Of a DNA stretch of 64,000 bases, positions 1 to 13,571 are shown piece after piece; position 1 is the stretch's first letter, and each line of letters opens with the position of its first letter. The translations under genes and the position numbers were made by a program. The stretch lies in the NCBI RefSeq assembly GCF_009914755.1, contig NC_060939.1; one strand, 5' to 3'. The DNA is from the human T2T-CHM13v2.0 reference genome, Homo sapiens. The notes below the pieces were generated by a model. That model made no database searches and was not told the origin of the DNA. It was given only the letters and a program-made list of their open reading frames with translations.

Positions 1-429
1 ATTTGATTCTATTCCATTAGTCTCCATTCAATTCCATTAATCTCCATTCCATTCCATTCTACTCCAACTGATTCCATTCCATTCTATTCCTTTCCATTCC
101 ATTTCATTCCATTCCATTCCATTTCATTCCATTCCATTCCATTCGTGTCCATTCCACTCCAGTCCATTCCATTCGTGTCCATTCCATTCCAGTCCATTCC
201 ATTTGTGTCCACTGCATTCCATTCCACTCCATTCCATATTATTCCATTACACTCCATTCCATTCTATTACTTTCATTTCCATTCAATTCCATTCCATTTG
301 ATTCCATTCCACTCGGTTTCATTCCATTTGAGTCCACTCCATTCCATTCCCTTCCATTCCATTCCATTCCATTCAGTTCCATTCCATTCTGTTCCATTCC
401 ATTCCGTTCCATTACATTCCATTCCATTC

Positions 430-2218
430 GGTACCATTCCATATTGTTCCATTCGATTCCATTCGAATCCATTCCATTCCAGTCCATTCCATTCGATTCC
501 ATTCCATTCATTTCAATTCCATTCCATTCCATTCCATTCCATTCCACTTGATTCCTCTCCATTCCCTTCCACTGCATTCCGTTCGATTCCATTCCATTGC
601 ATTGCATTCCATTCCATTGGATTGCATTCCATTCGATTCCATTCCATTCGAATCAATTACATAGCAATCCATTACATTCGAGTCTATTCTCTTCCGTTCC
701 ATTCGATTTCGTTCCAATCCATTCGATTCCATTCCATTCGATTCCATTCCATACTATTGCATTCCATTCGATTACATTATATTCGAATAAGTTCCATTCA
801 AGACCATTTCTTTTGAGTCCATTCTATTTGAGTCCATTCCATTTGATTCCATAACATTTGAGTCCATTCAATTCCATTCCTTTCGTTTCCATTCCATTTG
901 ATGCCATTCCATTCAATTCTGTTCTACTCGACTCCAATACATTCAATTCCATTCCATCCGATTCCATTACATTCTTTTCATTTCTTATCCATTTCAAGCC
1001 ATTCCACTCCATTCCATTCCACTCGTTTCCTTTCCATTCGAGTCCATTCCTCTCCAGTCCATTCCGTTCAATCCATTCCATTCCAGTCCATTCCATTCGA
1101 GTCCGTTCCATTCCAGTCCATTCCATTCGAGTCAATTCCATCCCATTCGATGTCTTTCCATAACGATCCATTCCATTCTATTACTTTCGATTCCATTCCA
1201 TTCTATTTCATTCCATTCGATTCCCTTCCATTGGACTCCTTTCCATTCGAGTGCATTCCATTCCGTTCCATTTCTTTCCGTTCTGTACGATTCCTACCGT
1301 TCGATTTCATTTTGTTCCAGTCCATTCCTTTCGCGTCCATTCCATTCCATTTCACTCCATTCGATTCCATTCCACTCGATTCCACTTCGTTCCATTTCAT
1401 TGCATTCCATTCTATTCAACTCTATTGCCTTCCTTTCCATTCCATTCGATTACATTCCATGCGATTCCATTCGAAATCGAATCAATTACATTGCAATCCA
1501 TTACTATTGAGTCCATTTTATTCCAGTCCACTGCATTCTGGTCCATTCCATTTGATTCCATTCCATTCTATTCCATTCCATACAGTTGCATTCCATTGGA
1601 TTCCATTCTATATCTATAAATTCAATTCGAGACCATTGCTTTTGAGTCCATTCTATATGATTCCATTCCATTCAAGTCCATTACATTTGGTTCAATTCCA
1701 TTCCATTCCATTCCCTTCCATTCCATTCCAGTTGATATCAATCCATTCGATTCCATTCCATTCGAGCACATTCCATTCGAGTCCATTCCATTCGATACCA
1801 TTCCATTTGATTCTATTCCATTAGTCTCCATTCAATTCCATTAATCTCCATTCCATTCCATTCTACTCCAACTGATTCCATTCCATTCTATTCCTTTCCA
1901 TTCCATTTCATTCCATTCCATTCCATTTCATTCCATTCCATTCCATTCCATTCCATTCGCTTCCATTCCATTCGTGTCCATTCCATTCCAGTCCATTCCA
2001 TTTGTGTCCACTGCATTCCATTCCACTCCATTCCATATTATTCCATTACACTCCATTCCATTCTATTACTTTCATTTCCATTCAATTCCATTCCATTTGA
2101 TTCCATTCCACTCGGTTTCATTCCATTTGAGTCCACTCCATTCCATTCCATTCCATTCCATTCAGTTCCATTCCATTCTGTTCCATTCCATTCCGTTCCA
2201 TTACATTCCATTCCATTC
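430..2218 (+). repeat. Representative ~1.79 kb unit (KpnI to KpnI); ~36 tandem copies; probable D15Z1/HSat3A5 (chr15 p-arm)
   Basis: Seen: GGTACC at 430, 2219 and 4007 (spacings 1789, 1788). The same anchor ORF (MSPF..) starts at 858, 2647, 4415, 6204, 7932, 9726 ... 61486, 63285: 36 anchors, mean spacing ~1784 bp. Established: D15Z1 is a satellite 3 array with a 1.8 kb KpnI period. The unit is certain; the chromosome assignment is inference. Confidence 0.8.
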
Positions 2219-5200
2219 GGTACCATTCCATATTGTTCCATTCGATTCCATTCGAATCCATTCCATTCCAGTCCATTCCATTCGATTCCATTCCATTCAT
2301 TTCAATTCCATTCCATTCCATTCCATTACATTCCACTTGATTCCTCTCCATTCCCTTCCACTGCATTCCGTTCGATTCCATTCCATTGCATTGCATTCCA
2401 TTCCATTGGATTGCATTCCATTCGATTCCATTCCATTCGAATCAATTACATAGCAATCCATTACATTCGAGTCTTTTCTATTCCTTTCCATTCGATTTCG
2501 TTCCAATCCATTCGATTCCATTCCATTCGATTCCATTTCATACTATTGCATTCCATTCGATTACATTATATTCGAATAAGTTCCATTCAAGACCATTTCT
2601 TTTGAGTCCATTCTATTTGAGTCCATTCCCTTTGATTCCATAACATTTGAGTCCATTCAATTCCATTCCTTTTGTTTCCATTCCATTTGATGCCATTCCA
2701 TTCAATTCTGTTCTACTCGACTCCAATACATTCAATTCCATTCCATCCGATTCCATTACATTCTTTTCATTTCTTATCCATTTCAAGCCATTCCACTCCA
2801 CTCCATTCCACTCATTTCCTTTCCATTCGAGTCCATTCCTCTCCAGTCCATTCCGTTCTATCCATTCCATTCCAGTCCATTCCATTCGAGTCCGTTCCAT
2901 TCCAGTCCATTCCATTCGAGTCAATTCCATTTCATTCGATGTCTTTCCATAACGATCCATTCCATTCTATTCCTTTCAATTCCATTCCATTCTATTTCAT
3001 TCCATTCGATTCCCTTCCATTGGACTCCTTTCCATTCGAGTGCATTCCATTCCTTTCCATTTCTTTCCGTTCTGTACGATTCCTACCGTTCGATTTCATT
3101 TTGTTCCAGTCCATTCCTTTCGCGTCCATTCCATTCCATTTCACTCCATTCGATTCCATTCCACTCGATTCCACTTCGTTCCATTTCATTGCATTCCATT
3201 CTATTCACTCTATTGCCTTCCATTCCATTCCATTCGATTACATTCCATGCGATTCCATTCGAAATCGAATCAATTACATTGCAATCCATTACTATTGAGT
3301 CCGTTTTATTCCAGTCCACTGCATTCTGGTCCATTCCATTTGATTCCATTCCATTCTATTCCATTCCATACAGTTGCATTCCATTGGATTCCATGCTATA
3401 TCTATAAATTCAATTCGACACCATTGCTTTTGAGTCCATTCTATATGATTCCATTCCATTCAAGTCCATTACATTTGGTTCAATTCCATTCCATTCCATT
3501 CCCTTCCATTCCATTCCATTTGATATCAATCCATTCGATTCCATTCCATTCGAGCACATTCCATTCGAGTCCATTCCATTCGATGCCATTCCATTTGATT
3601 CTATTCCATTAGTCTCCATTCAATTCCATTAATCTCCATTCCATTCCATTCTACTCCAACTGATTCCATTCCATTCTATTCCTTTCCATTCCATTTCATT
3701 CCATTCCATTCCATTTCATTCCATTCCATTCCATTCCATTCCATTCGCTTCCATTCCATTCGTGTCCATTCCATTCCAGTCCATTCCATTTGTGTCCACT
3801 GCATTCCATTCCACTCCATTCCATATTATTCCATTACACTCCATTCCATTCTATTACTTTCATTTCCATTCAATTCCATTCCATTTGATTCCATTCCACT
3901 CGGTTTCATTCCAATTGTGTCCACTCCATTCCATTCCATTCCATTCCATTCAGTTCCATTCTATTCTGTTCCATTCCATTCCGTTCCATTGCATTCCATT
4001 CCATTCGGTACCATTCCATATTGTTCCATTCGATTCCATTCGAATCCATTCCATTCCAGTCCATTCCATTCGATTCCATTCCATTCCTTTCAATTCCATT
4101 CCACTCCATTCCATTCCACTTGATTCCACTCCATTCCCTTCCACTGCATTCCATTGCATTGCATTCCATTCCATTGGACTGCATTCCATTCGATTCCATT
4201 CCATTCGAATCAATTACATAGCAATCCATTACATTCGAGTCTATTCTATTCCGTTCCATTCGATTTCGTTCCAATCCATTCGATTCCATTCCATTCGATT
4301 CCATTCCATACTATTGCATTCCATTCGATTACATTATATTCGAATAAGTTCCATTCAAGACCATTTCTTTTGAGTCCATTCTATTTGAGTCCATTCCCTT
4401 TGATTCCATAACATTTGAGTCCATTCAGTTCCATTCCTTTCGTTTCCATTCCATTTGATGCCATTCCATTCAATTCTGTTCTACTCGACTGCAATACATT
4501 CAATTCCATTCCATCCGATTCCATTACATTCTTTTCATTTCTTATCCATTTCAAGCCATTCCACTCCATTCCATTCCACTCGTTTCCTTTCCATTCGAGT
4601 CCATTCCTCTCCAGTCCATTCCGTTCAATCCATTCCATTCCAGTCCATTCCATTCGAGTCCGTTCCATTCCAGTCCATTCCATTCGAGTCAATTCCATCC
4701 CATTCGATGTCTTTCCATAACGATCCATTCCATTCTATTCCTTTCGATTCCATTCCATTCTATTTCATTCCATTCGATTCCCTTCCATTGGACTCCTTTC
4801 CATTCGAGTGCATTCCATTCCGTTCCATTTCTTTCCGTTCTGTACGATTCCTACCGTTCGATTTCATTTTGTTCCAGTCCATTCCTTTCGCGTCCATTCC
4901 ATTCCATTTCACTCCATTCGATTCCATTCCACTCGATTCCACTTCGTTCCATTTCATTGCATTCCATTCTATTCAACTCTATTGCCTTCCATTCCATTCC
5001 ATTCGATTACATTCCATGCGATTCCATTCGAAATCGAATCAATTACATTGCAATCCATTACTATTGAGTCCGTTTTATTCCAGTCCACTGCATTCTGGTC
5101 CATTCCATTTGATTCCATTCCATTCTATTCCATTCCATACAGTTGCATTCCATTGGATTCCATGCTATATCTATAAATTCAATTCGAGACCATTGCTTTT

Positions 5201-6344
5201 GAGTCCATTCTATATGATTCCATTCCATTCAAGTCCATTACATTTGGTTCAATTCCATTCCATTCCATTCCCTTCCATTCCATTCCAGTTGATATCAATC
5301 CATTCGATTCCATTCCATTCGAGCACATTCCATTCGAGTCCATTCCATTCGATGCCATTCCATTTGATTCTATTCCATTAGTCTCCATTCAATTCCATTA
5401 ATCTCCATTCCATTCCATTCTACTCCAACTGATTCCATTCCATTCTATTCCTTTCCATTCCATTTCATTCCATTCCATTCCATTCCATTCCATTCCATTC
5501 GTGTCCATTCCACTCCAGTCCATTCCATTCGTGTCCATTCCATTCCAGTCCATTCCATTTGTGTCCACTGCATTCCATTCCACTCCATTCCATATTATTC
5601 CAATACACTCCATTCCATTCTATCACTTTCATTTCCATTCAATTCCATTCCATTTGATTCCATTCCACTCGGTTTCATTCCATTTGAGTCCACTCCATTC
5701 CATTCCATTCCATTCCATTCAGTTCCATTCCATTCTGTTCCATTCCATTCCGTTCCATTACATTCCATTCCATTCGGTACCATTCCATATTGTTCCATTC
5801 GATTCCATTCGAATCCATTCCATTCCAGTCCATTCCATTCGATTCCATTCCATTCATTTCAATTCCATTCCATTCCATTCCATTACATTCCACTTGATTC
5901 CTCTCCATTCCCTTCCACTGCATTCCGTTCGATTCCATTCCATTGCATTGCATTCCATTCCATTGGATTGCATTCCATTCGATTCCATTCCATTCGAATC
6001 AATTACATAGCAATCCATTACATTCGAGTCTATTCTATTCCGTTCCATTCGATTTCGTTCCAATCCATTCGATTCCATTCCATTCGATTCCATTCCATAC
6101 TATTGCATTTCATTCGATTACATTATATTCGAATAAGTTCCATTCAAGACCATTTCTTTTGAGTCCATTCTATTTGAGTCCATTCCCTTTGATTCCATAA
6201 CATTTGAGTCCATTCAATTCCATTCCTTTCGTTTCCATTCCATTTGATGCCATTCCATTCAATTCTGTTCTACTCGACTCCAATACATTCAATTCCATTC
6301 CATCCGATTCCATTACATTCTTTTCATTTCTTATCCATTTCAAG

Positions 6345-6492
6345 CCATTCCACTCCATTCCATTCCACTCGTTTCCTTTCCATTCGAGTCCATTCCTCTC
6401 CAGTCCATTCCGTTCAATCCATTCCACTCCATTCCATTCCACTCGTTTCCTTTCCATTCGAGTCCATTCCTCTCCAGTCCATTCCGTTCAAT
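6345..6492 (+). repeat. 74 bp internal tandem duplication inside one unit
   Basis: CACTCGTTTCCTTTCCATTCGAGTCCATTCCTCTCCAGTCCATTCCGTTCAATCC occurs at 6366 and again at 6440; single copy in ordinary units. Confidence 0.93.
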
Positions 6493-9400
6493 CCATTCCA
6501 TTCCAGTCCATTCCATTCGAGTCCGTTCCATTCCAGTCCATTCCATTCGAGTCAATTCCATTCCATTCGATGTCTTTCCATAACGATCCATTCCATTCTA
6601 TTCCTTTCGTTTCCATTCCATTCTATTTCATTCCATTCGATTCCCTTCCATTGGACTCCTTTCCATTCGAGTGCATTCCATTCCGTTCCATTTCTTTCCG
6701 TTCTGTACGATTCCTACCGTTCGATTTCATTTTCTTCCAGTCCATTCCTTTCACGTCCATTCCATTCCATTTCACTCCATTCGATTCCATTCCACTCGAT
6801 TCCACTTCGTTCCATTTCATTGCATTCCATTCTATTCAACTCTATTGCCTTCCATTCCATTCCATTCGATTACATTCCATGCGATTCCATTCGAAATCGA
6901 ATCAATTACATTGCAATCCATTACAATTGAGTCCGTTTTATTCCAGTCCACTGCATTCTGGTCCATTCCATTTGATTCCATTCCATTCTATTCCATTCCA
7001 TACAGTTGCATTCCTTTGGATTCCATGCTATATATATAAATTCAATTCGAGACCATTGCTTTTGAGTCCATTCTATGTGATTCCATTCCATTCAAGTCCA
7101 TTACATTTGGTTCAATTCCATTCCATTCCATTCCCTTCCATTCCATTCCAGTTGATATCAATCCATTCGATTCCATTCCATTCGAGCACATTCCATTCGA
7201 GTCCATTCCATTCGATGCCATTCCATTTGATTCTATTCCATTAGTCTCCATTCAATTCCATTAATCTCCATTCCATTCCATTCTACTCCAACTGATTCCA
7301 TTCCATTCTATTCCTTTCCATTCCATTTCATTCCATTCCATTCCATTTCATTCCATTCCATTCCATTCGCTTCCATTCCATTCGTGTCCATTCCACTCCA
7401 GTCCATTCCATTCGTGTCCATTCCATTCCAGTCCATTCCATTTGTGTCCACTGCATTCCATTCCACTCCATTCCATATTATTCCATTACACTCCCTTCCA
7501 TTCTATTACTTTCATTTCCATTCAATTCCATTCCATTTGATTCCATTCCACTCGGTTTCATTCCATTTGAGTCCACTCCATTCCATTCCATTCCATTCCA
7601 TTCAGTTCCATTCCATTCTGTTCCATTCCATTCCGTTCCATTACATTCCATTCCATTCGGTACCATTCCATATTGTTCCATTCGATTCCATTCGAATCCA
7701 TTCCATTCCAGTCCATTCCATTCGATTCCATTCCATTCATTTCAATTCCATTCCATTCCATTCCATTACATTCCACTTGATTCCTCTCCATTCCCTTCCA
7801 CTGCATTCCGTTCGATTCCATTCCATACTATTGCATTCCATTCGATTACATTATATTCGAATAAGTTCCATTCAAGACCATTTCTTTTGAGTCCATTCTA
7901 TTTGAGTCCATTCCCTTTGATTCCATAACATTTGAGTCCATTCAATTCCATTCCTTTCGTTTCCATTCCATTTGATGCCATTCCATTCAATTCTGTTCTA
8001 CTCGACTCCAATACATTCAATTCCATTCCATCCGATTCCATTACATTCTTTTCATTTCTTATCCATTTCAAGCCATTCCACTCCATTCCATTCCACTCGT
8101 TTCCTTTCCATTCGAGTCCATTCCTCTCCAGTCCATTCCGTTCAATCCATTCCATTCCAGTCCATTCCATTCGAGTCCGTTCCATTCCAGTAAATTCCAT
8201 TCGAGTCAATTCCATTCCATTCGATGTCTTTCCATAACGATCCATTCCATTCTATTCCTTTCGATTCCATTCCATTCTATTTCATTCCATTCGATTCCCT
8301 TCCATTGGACTCCTTTCCATTCGAGTGCATTCCATTCCGTTCCATTTCTTTCCGTTCTGTACGATTCCTACCGTTCGATTTCATTTTGTTCCAGTCCATT
8401 CCTTTCGCGTCCATTCCATTCCATTTCACTCCATTCGATTCCATTCCACTCGATTCCACTTCGTTCCATTTCATTGCATTCCATTCTATTCAACTCTATT
8501 GCCTTCCATTCCATTCCATTCGATTACATTCCATGCGATTCCATTCGAAATCGAATCAATTACATTGCAAACCATTACTATTGAGTCCGTTTTATTCCAG
8601 TCCACTGCATTCTGGTCCATTCCATTTGATTCCATTCCATTCTATTCCATTCCATACAGTTGCATTCCATTGGATTCCATGCTATATCTATAAATTCAAT
8701 TCGAGACCATTGCTTTTGAGTCCATTCTATATGATTCCATTCCATTCAAGTCCATTACATTTGGTTCAATTCCATTCCATTCCATTCCCTTTCATTCCAT
8801 TCCATTTGATATCAATCCATTCGATTCCATTCCATTCGAGCACATTCCATTCGAGTCCATTCCATTCGATGCCATTCCATTTGATTCTATTCCATTAGTC
8901 TCCATTCAATTCCATTAATCTCCATTCCATTCCATTCTACTCCAACTGATTCCATTCCATTCTATTCCTTTCCATTCCATTTCATTCCATTCCATTCCAT
9001 TTCATTCCATTCCATTCCATTCGTGTCCATTCCACTCCAGTCCATTCCATTCGTGTCCATTCCATTCCAGTCCATTCCATTTGTGTCCACTGCATTCCAT
9101 TCCACTCCATTCCATATTATTCCATTACACTCCATTCCATTCTATTACTTTCATTTCCATTCAATTCCATTCCATTTGATTCCATTCCACTCGGTTTCAT
9201 TCCATTTGAGTCCACTCCATTCCATTCCATTCCATTCCATTCAGTTCCATTCCATTCTGTTCCATTCCATTCCGTTCCATTACATTCCATTCCATTCGGT
9301 ACCATTCCATATTGTTCCATTCGATTCCATTCGAATCCATTCCATTCCAGTCCATTCCATTCGATTCCATTCCATTCATTTCAATTCCATTCCATTCCAT

Positions 9401-12400
9401 TCCATTACATTCCACTTGATTCCTCTACATTCCCTTCCACTGCATTCCGTTCGATTCCATTCCATTGCATTGCATTCCATTCCATTGGATTGCATTCCAT
9501 TCGATTCCATTCCATTCGAATCAATTACATAGCAATCCATTACATTCGAGTCTTTTCTATTCCTTTCCATTCGATTTCGTTCCAATCCATTCGATTCCAT
9601 TCCATTCGATTCCATTTCATACTATTGCATTCCATTCGATTACATTATATTCGAATAAGTTCCATTCAAGACCATTTCTTTTGAGTCCATTCTATTTGAG
9701 TCCATTCCCTTTGATTCCATAACATTTGAGTCCATTCAATTCCATTCCTTTTGTTTCCATTCCATTTGATGCCATTCCATTCAATTCTGTTCTACTCGAC
9801 TCCAATACATTCAATTCCATTCCATCCGATTCCATTACATTCTTTTCATTTCTTATCCATTTCAAGCCATTCCACTCCACTCCATTCCACTCATTTCCTT
9901 TCCATTCGAGTCCATTCCTCTCCAGTCCATTCCGTTCTATCCATTCCATTCCAGTCCATTCCATTCGAGTCCGTTCCATTCCAGTCCATTCCATTCGAGT
10001 CAATTCCATTTCATTCGATGTCTTTCCATAACGATCCATTCCATTCTATTCCTTTCAATTCCATTCCATTCTATTTCATTCCATTCGATTCCCTTCCATT
10101 GGACTCCTTTCCATTCGAGTGCATTCCATTCCTTTCCATTTCTTTCCGTTCTGTACGATTCCTACCGTTCGATTTCATTTTGTTCCAGTCCATTCCTTTC
10201 GCGTCCATTCCATTCCATTTCACTCCATTCGATTCCATTCCACTCGATTCCACTTCGTTCCATTTCATTGCATTCCATTCTATTCACTCTATTGCCTTCC
10301 ATTCCATTCCATTCGATTACATTCCATGCGATTCCATTCGAAATCGAATCAATTACATTGCAATCCATTACTATTGAGTCCGTTTTATTCCAGTCCACTG
10401 CATTCTGGTCCATTCCATTTGATTCCATTCCATTCTATTCCATTCCATACAGTTGCATTCCATTGGATTCCATGCTATATCTATAAATTCAATTCGACAC
10501 CATTGCTTTTGAGTCCATTCTATATGATTCCATTCCATTCAAGTCCATTACATTTGGTTCAATTCCATTCCATTCCATTCCCTTCCATTCCATTCCATTT
10601 GATATCAATCCATTCGATTCCATTCCATTCGAGCACATTCCATTCGAGTCCATTCCATTCGATGCCATTCCATTTGATTCTATTCCATTAGTCTCCATTC
10701 AATTCCATTAATCTCCATTCCATTCCATTCTACTCCAACTGATTCCATTCCATTCTATTCCTTTCCATTCCATTTCATTCCATTCCATTCCATTTCATTC
10801 CATTCCATTCCATTCCATTCCATTCGCTTCCATTCCATTCGTGTCCATTCCATTCCAGTCCATTCCATTTGTGTCCACTGCATTCCATTCCACTCCATTC
10901 CATATTATTCCATTACACTCCATTCCATTCTATTACTTTCATTTCCATTCAATTCCATTCCATTTGATTCCATTCCACTCGGTTTCATTCCAATTGTGTC
11001 CACTCCATTCCATTCCATTCCATTCCATTCAGTTCCATTCTATTCTGTTCCATTCCATTCCGTTCCATTGCATTCCATTCCATTCGGTACCATTCCATAT
11101 TGTTCCATTCGATTCCATTCGAATCCATTCCATTCCAGTCCATTCCATTCGATTCCATTCCATTCCTTTCAATTCCATTCCACTCCATTCCATTCCACTT
11201 GATTCCACTCCATTCCCTTCCACTGCATTCCATTGCATTGCATTCCATTCCATTGGACTGCATTCCATTCGATTCCATTCCATTCGAATCAATTACATAG
11301 CAATCCATTACATTCGAGTCTATTCTATTCCGTTCCATTCGATTTCGTTCCAATCCATTCGATTCCATTCCATTCGATTCCATTCCATACTATTGCATTC
11401 CATTCGATTACATTATATTCGAATAAGTTCCATTCAAGACCATTTCTTTTGAGTCCATTCTATTTGAGTCCATTCCCTTTGATTCCATAACATTTGAGTC
11501 CATTCAGTTCCATTCCTTTCGTTTCCATTCCATTTGATGCCATTCCATTCAATTCTGTTCTACTCGACTGCAATACATTCAATTCCATTCCATCCGATTC
11601 CATTACATTCTTTTCATTTCTTATCCATTTCAAGCCATTCCACTCCATTCCATTCCACTCGTTTCCTTTCCATTCGAGTCCATTCCTCTCCAGTCCATTC
11701 CGTTCAATCCATTCCATTCCAGTCCATTCCATTCGAGTCCGTTCCATTCCAGTCCATTCCATTCGAGTCAATTCCATCCCATTCGATGTCTTTCCATAAC
11801 GATCCATTCCATTCTATTCCTTTCGATTCCATTCCATTCTATTTCATTCCATTCGATTCCCTTCCATTGGACTCCTTTCCATTCGAGTGCATTCCATTCC
11901 GTTCCATTTCTTTCCGTTCTGTACGATTCCTACCGTTCGATTTCATTTTGTTCCAGTCCATTCCTTTCGCGTCCATTCCATTCCATTTCACTCCATTCGA
12001 TTCCATTCCACTCGATTCCACTTCGTTCCATTTCATTGCATTCCATTCTATTCAACTCTATTGCCTTCCATTCCATTCCATTCGATTACATTCCATGCGA
12101 TTCCATTCGAAATCGAATCAATTACATTGCAATCCATTACTATTGAGTCCGTTTTATTCCAGTCCACTGCATTCTGGTCCATTCCATTTGATTCCATTCC
12201 ATTCTATTCCATTCCATACAGTTGCATTCCATTGGATTCCATGCTATATCTATAAATTCAATTCGAGACCATTGCTTTTGAGTCCATTCTATATGATTCC
12301 ATTCCATTCAAGTCCATTACATTTGGTTCAATTCCATTCCATTCCATTCCCTTCCATTCCATTCCAGTTGATATCAATCCATTCGATTCCATTCCATTCG

Positions 12401-13423
12401 AGCACATTCCATTCGAGTCCATTCCATTCGATGCCATTCCATTTGATTCTATTCCATTAGTCTCCATTCAATTCCATTAATCTCCATTCCATTCCATTCT
12501 ACTCCAACTGATTCCATTCCATTCTATTCCTTTCCATTCCATTTCATTCCATTCCATTCCATTCCATTCCATTCCATTCGTGTCCATTCCACTCCAGTCC
12601 ATTCCATTCGTGTCCATTCCATTCCAGTCCATTCCATTTGTGTCCACTGCATTCCATTCCACTCCATTCCATATTATTCCAATACACTCCATTCCATTCT
12701 ATCACTTTCATTTCCATTCAATTCCATTCCATTTGATTCCATTCCACTCGGTTTCATTCCATTTGAGTCCACTCCATTCCATTCCATTCCATTCCATTCA
12801 GTTCCATTCCATTCTGTTCCATTCCATTCCGTTCCATTACATTCCGTTCCATTCGGTACCATTCCATATTGTTCCATTCGATTCCATTCGAATCCATTCC
12901 ATTCCAGTCCATTCCATTCGATTCCATTCCATTCATTTCAATTCCATTCCATTCCGTTCCATTACATTCCACTTGATTCCTCTCCATTCCCTTCCACTGC
13001 ATTCCGTTCGATTCCATTCCATTGCATTGCATTCCATTCCATTGGATTGCATTCCATTCGATTCCATTCCATTCGAATCAATTACATAGCAATCCATTAC
13101 ATTCGAGTCTATTCTATTCCGTTCCATTCGATTTCGTTCCAATCCATTCGATTCCATTCCATTCGATTCCATTCCATACTATTGCATTTCATTCGATTAC
13201 ATTATATTCGAATAAGTTCCATTCAAGACCATTTCTTTTGAGTCCATTCTATTTGAGTCCATTCCCTTTGATTCCATAACATTTGAGTCCATTCAATTCC
13301 ATTCCTTTCGTTTCCATTCCATTTGATGCCATTCCATTCAATTCTGTTCTACTCGACTCCAATACATTCAATTCCATTCCATCCGATTCCATTACATTCT
13401 TTTCATTTCTTATCCATTTCAAG

Positions 13424-13571
13424 CCATTCCACTCCATTCCATTCCACTCGTTTCCTTTCCATTCGAGTCCATTCCTCTCCAGTCCATTCCGTTCAATCCA
13501 TTCCACTCCATTCCATTCCACTCGTTTCCTTTCCATTCGAGTCCATTCCTCTCCAGTCCATTCCGTTCAAT
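13424..13571 (+). repeat. Second copy of the 74 bp internal tandem duplication
   Basis: Same structure as 6345-6492 at offset +7079. Confidence 0.92.

Noticed and set aside
1608-1622. TATA-like TATATCTATAAA once per unit as a promoter
   Set aside because: A short AT-rich pentamer variant with no other supporting promoter context; function cannot be supported from sequence alone.
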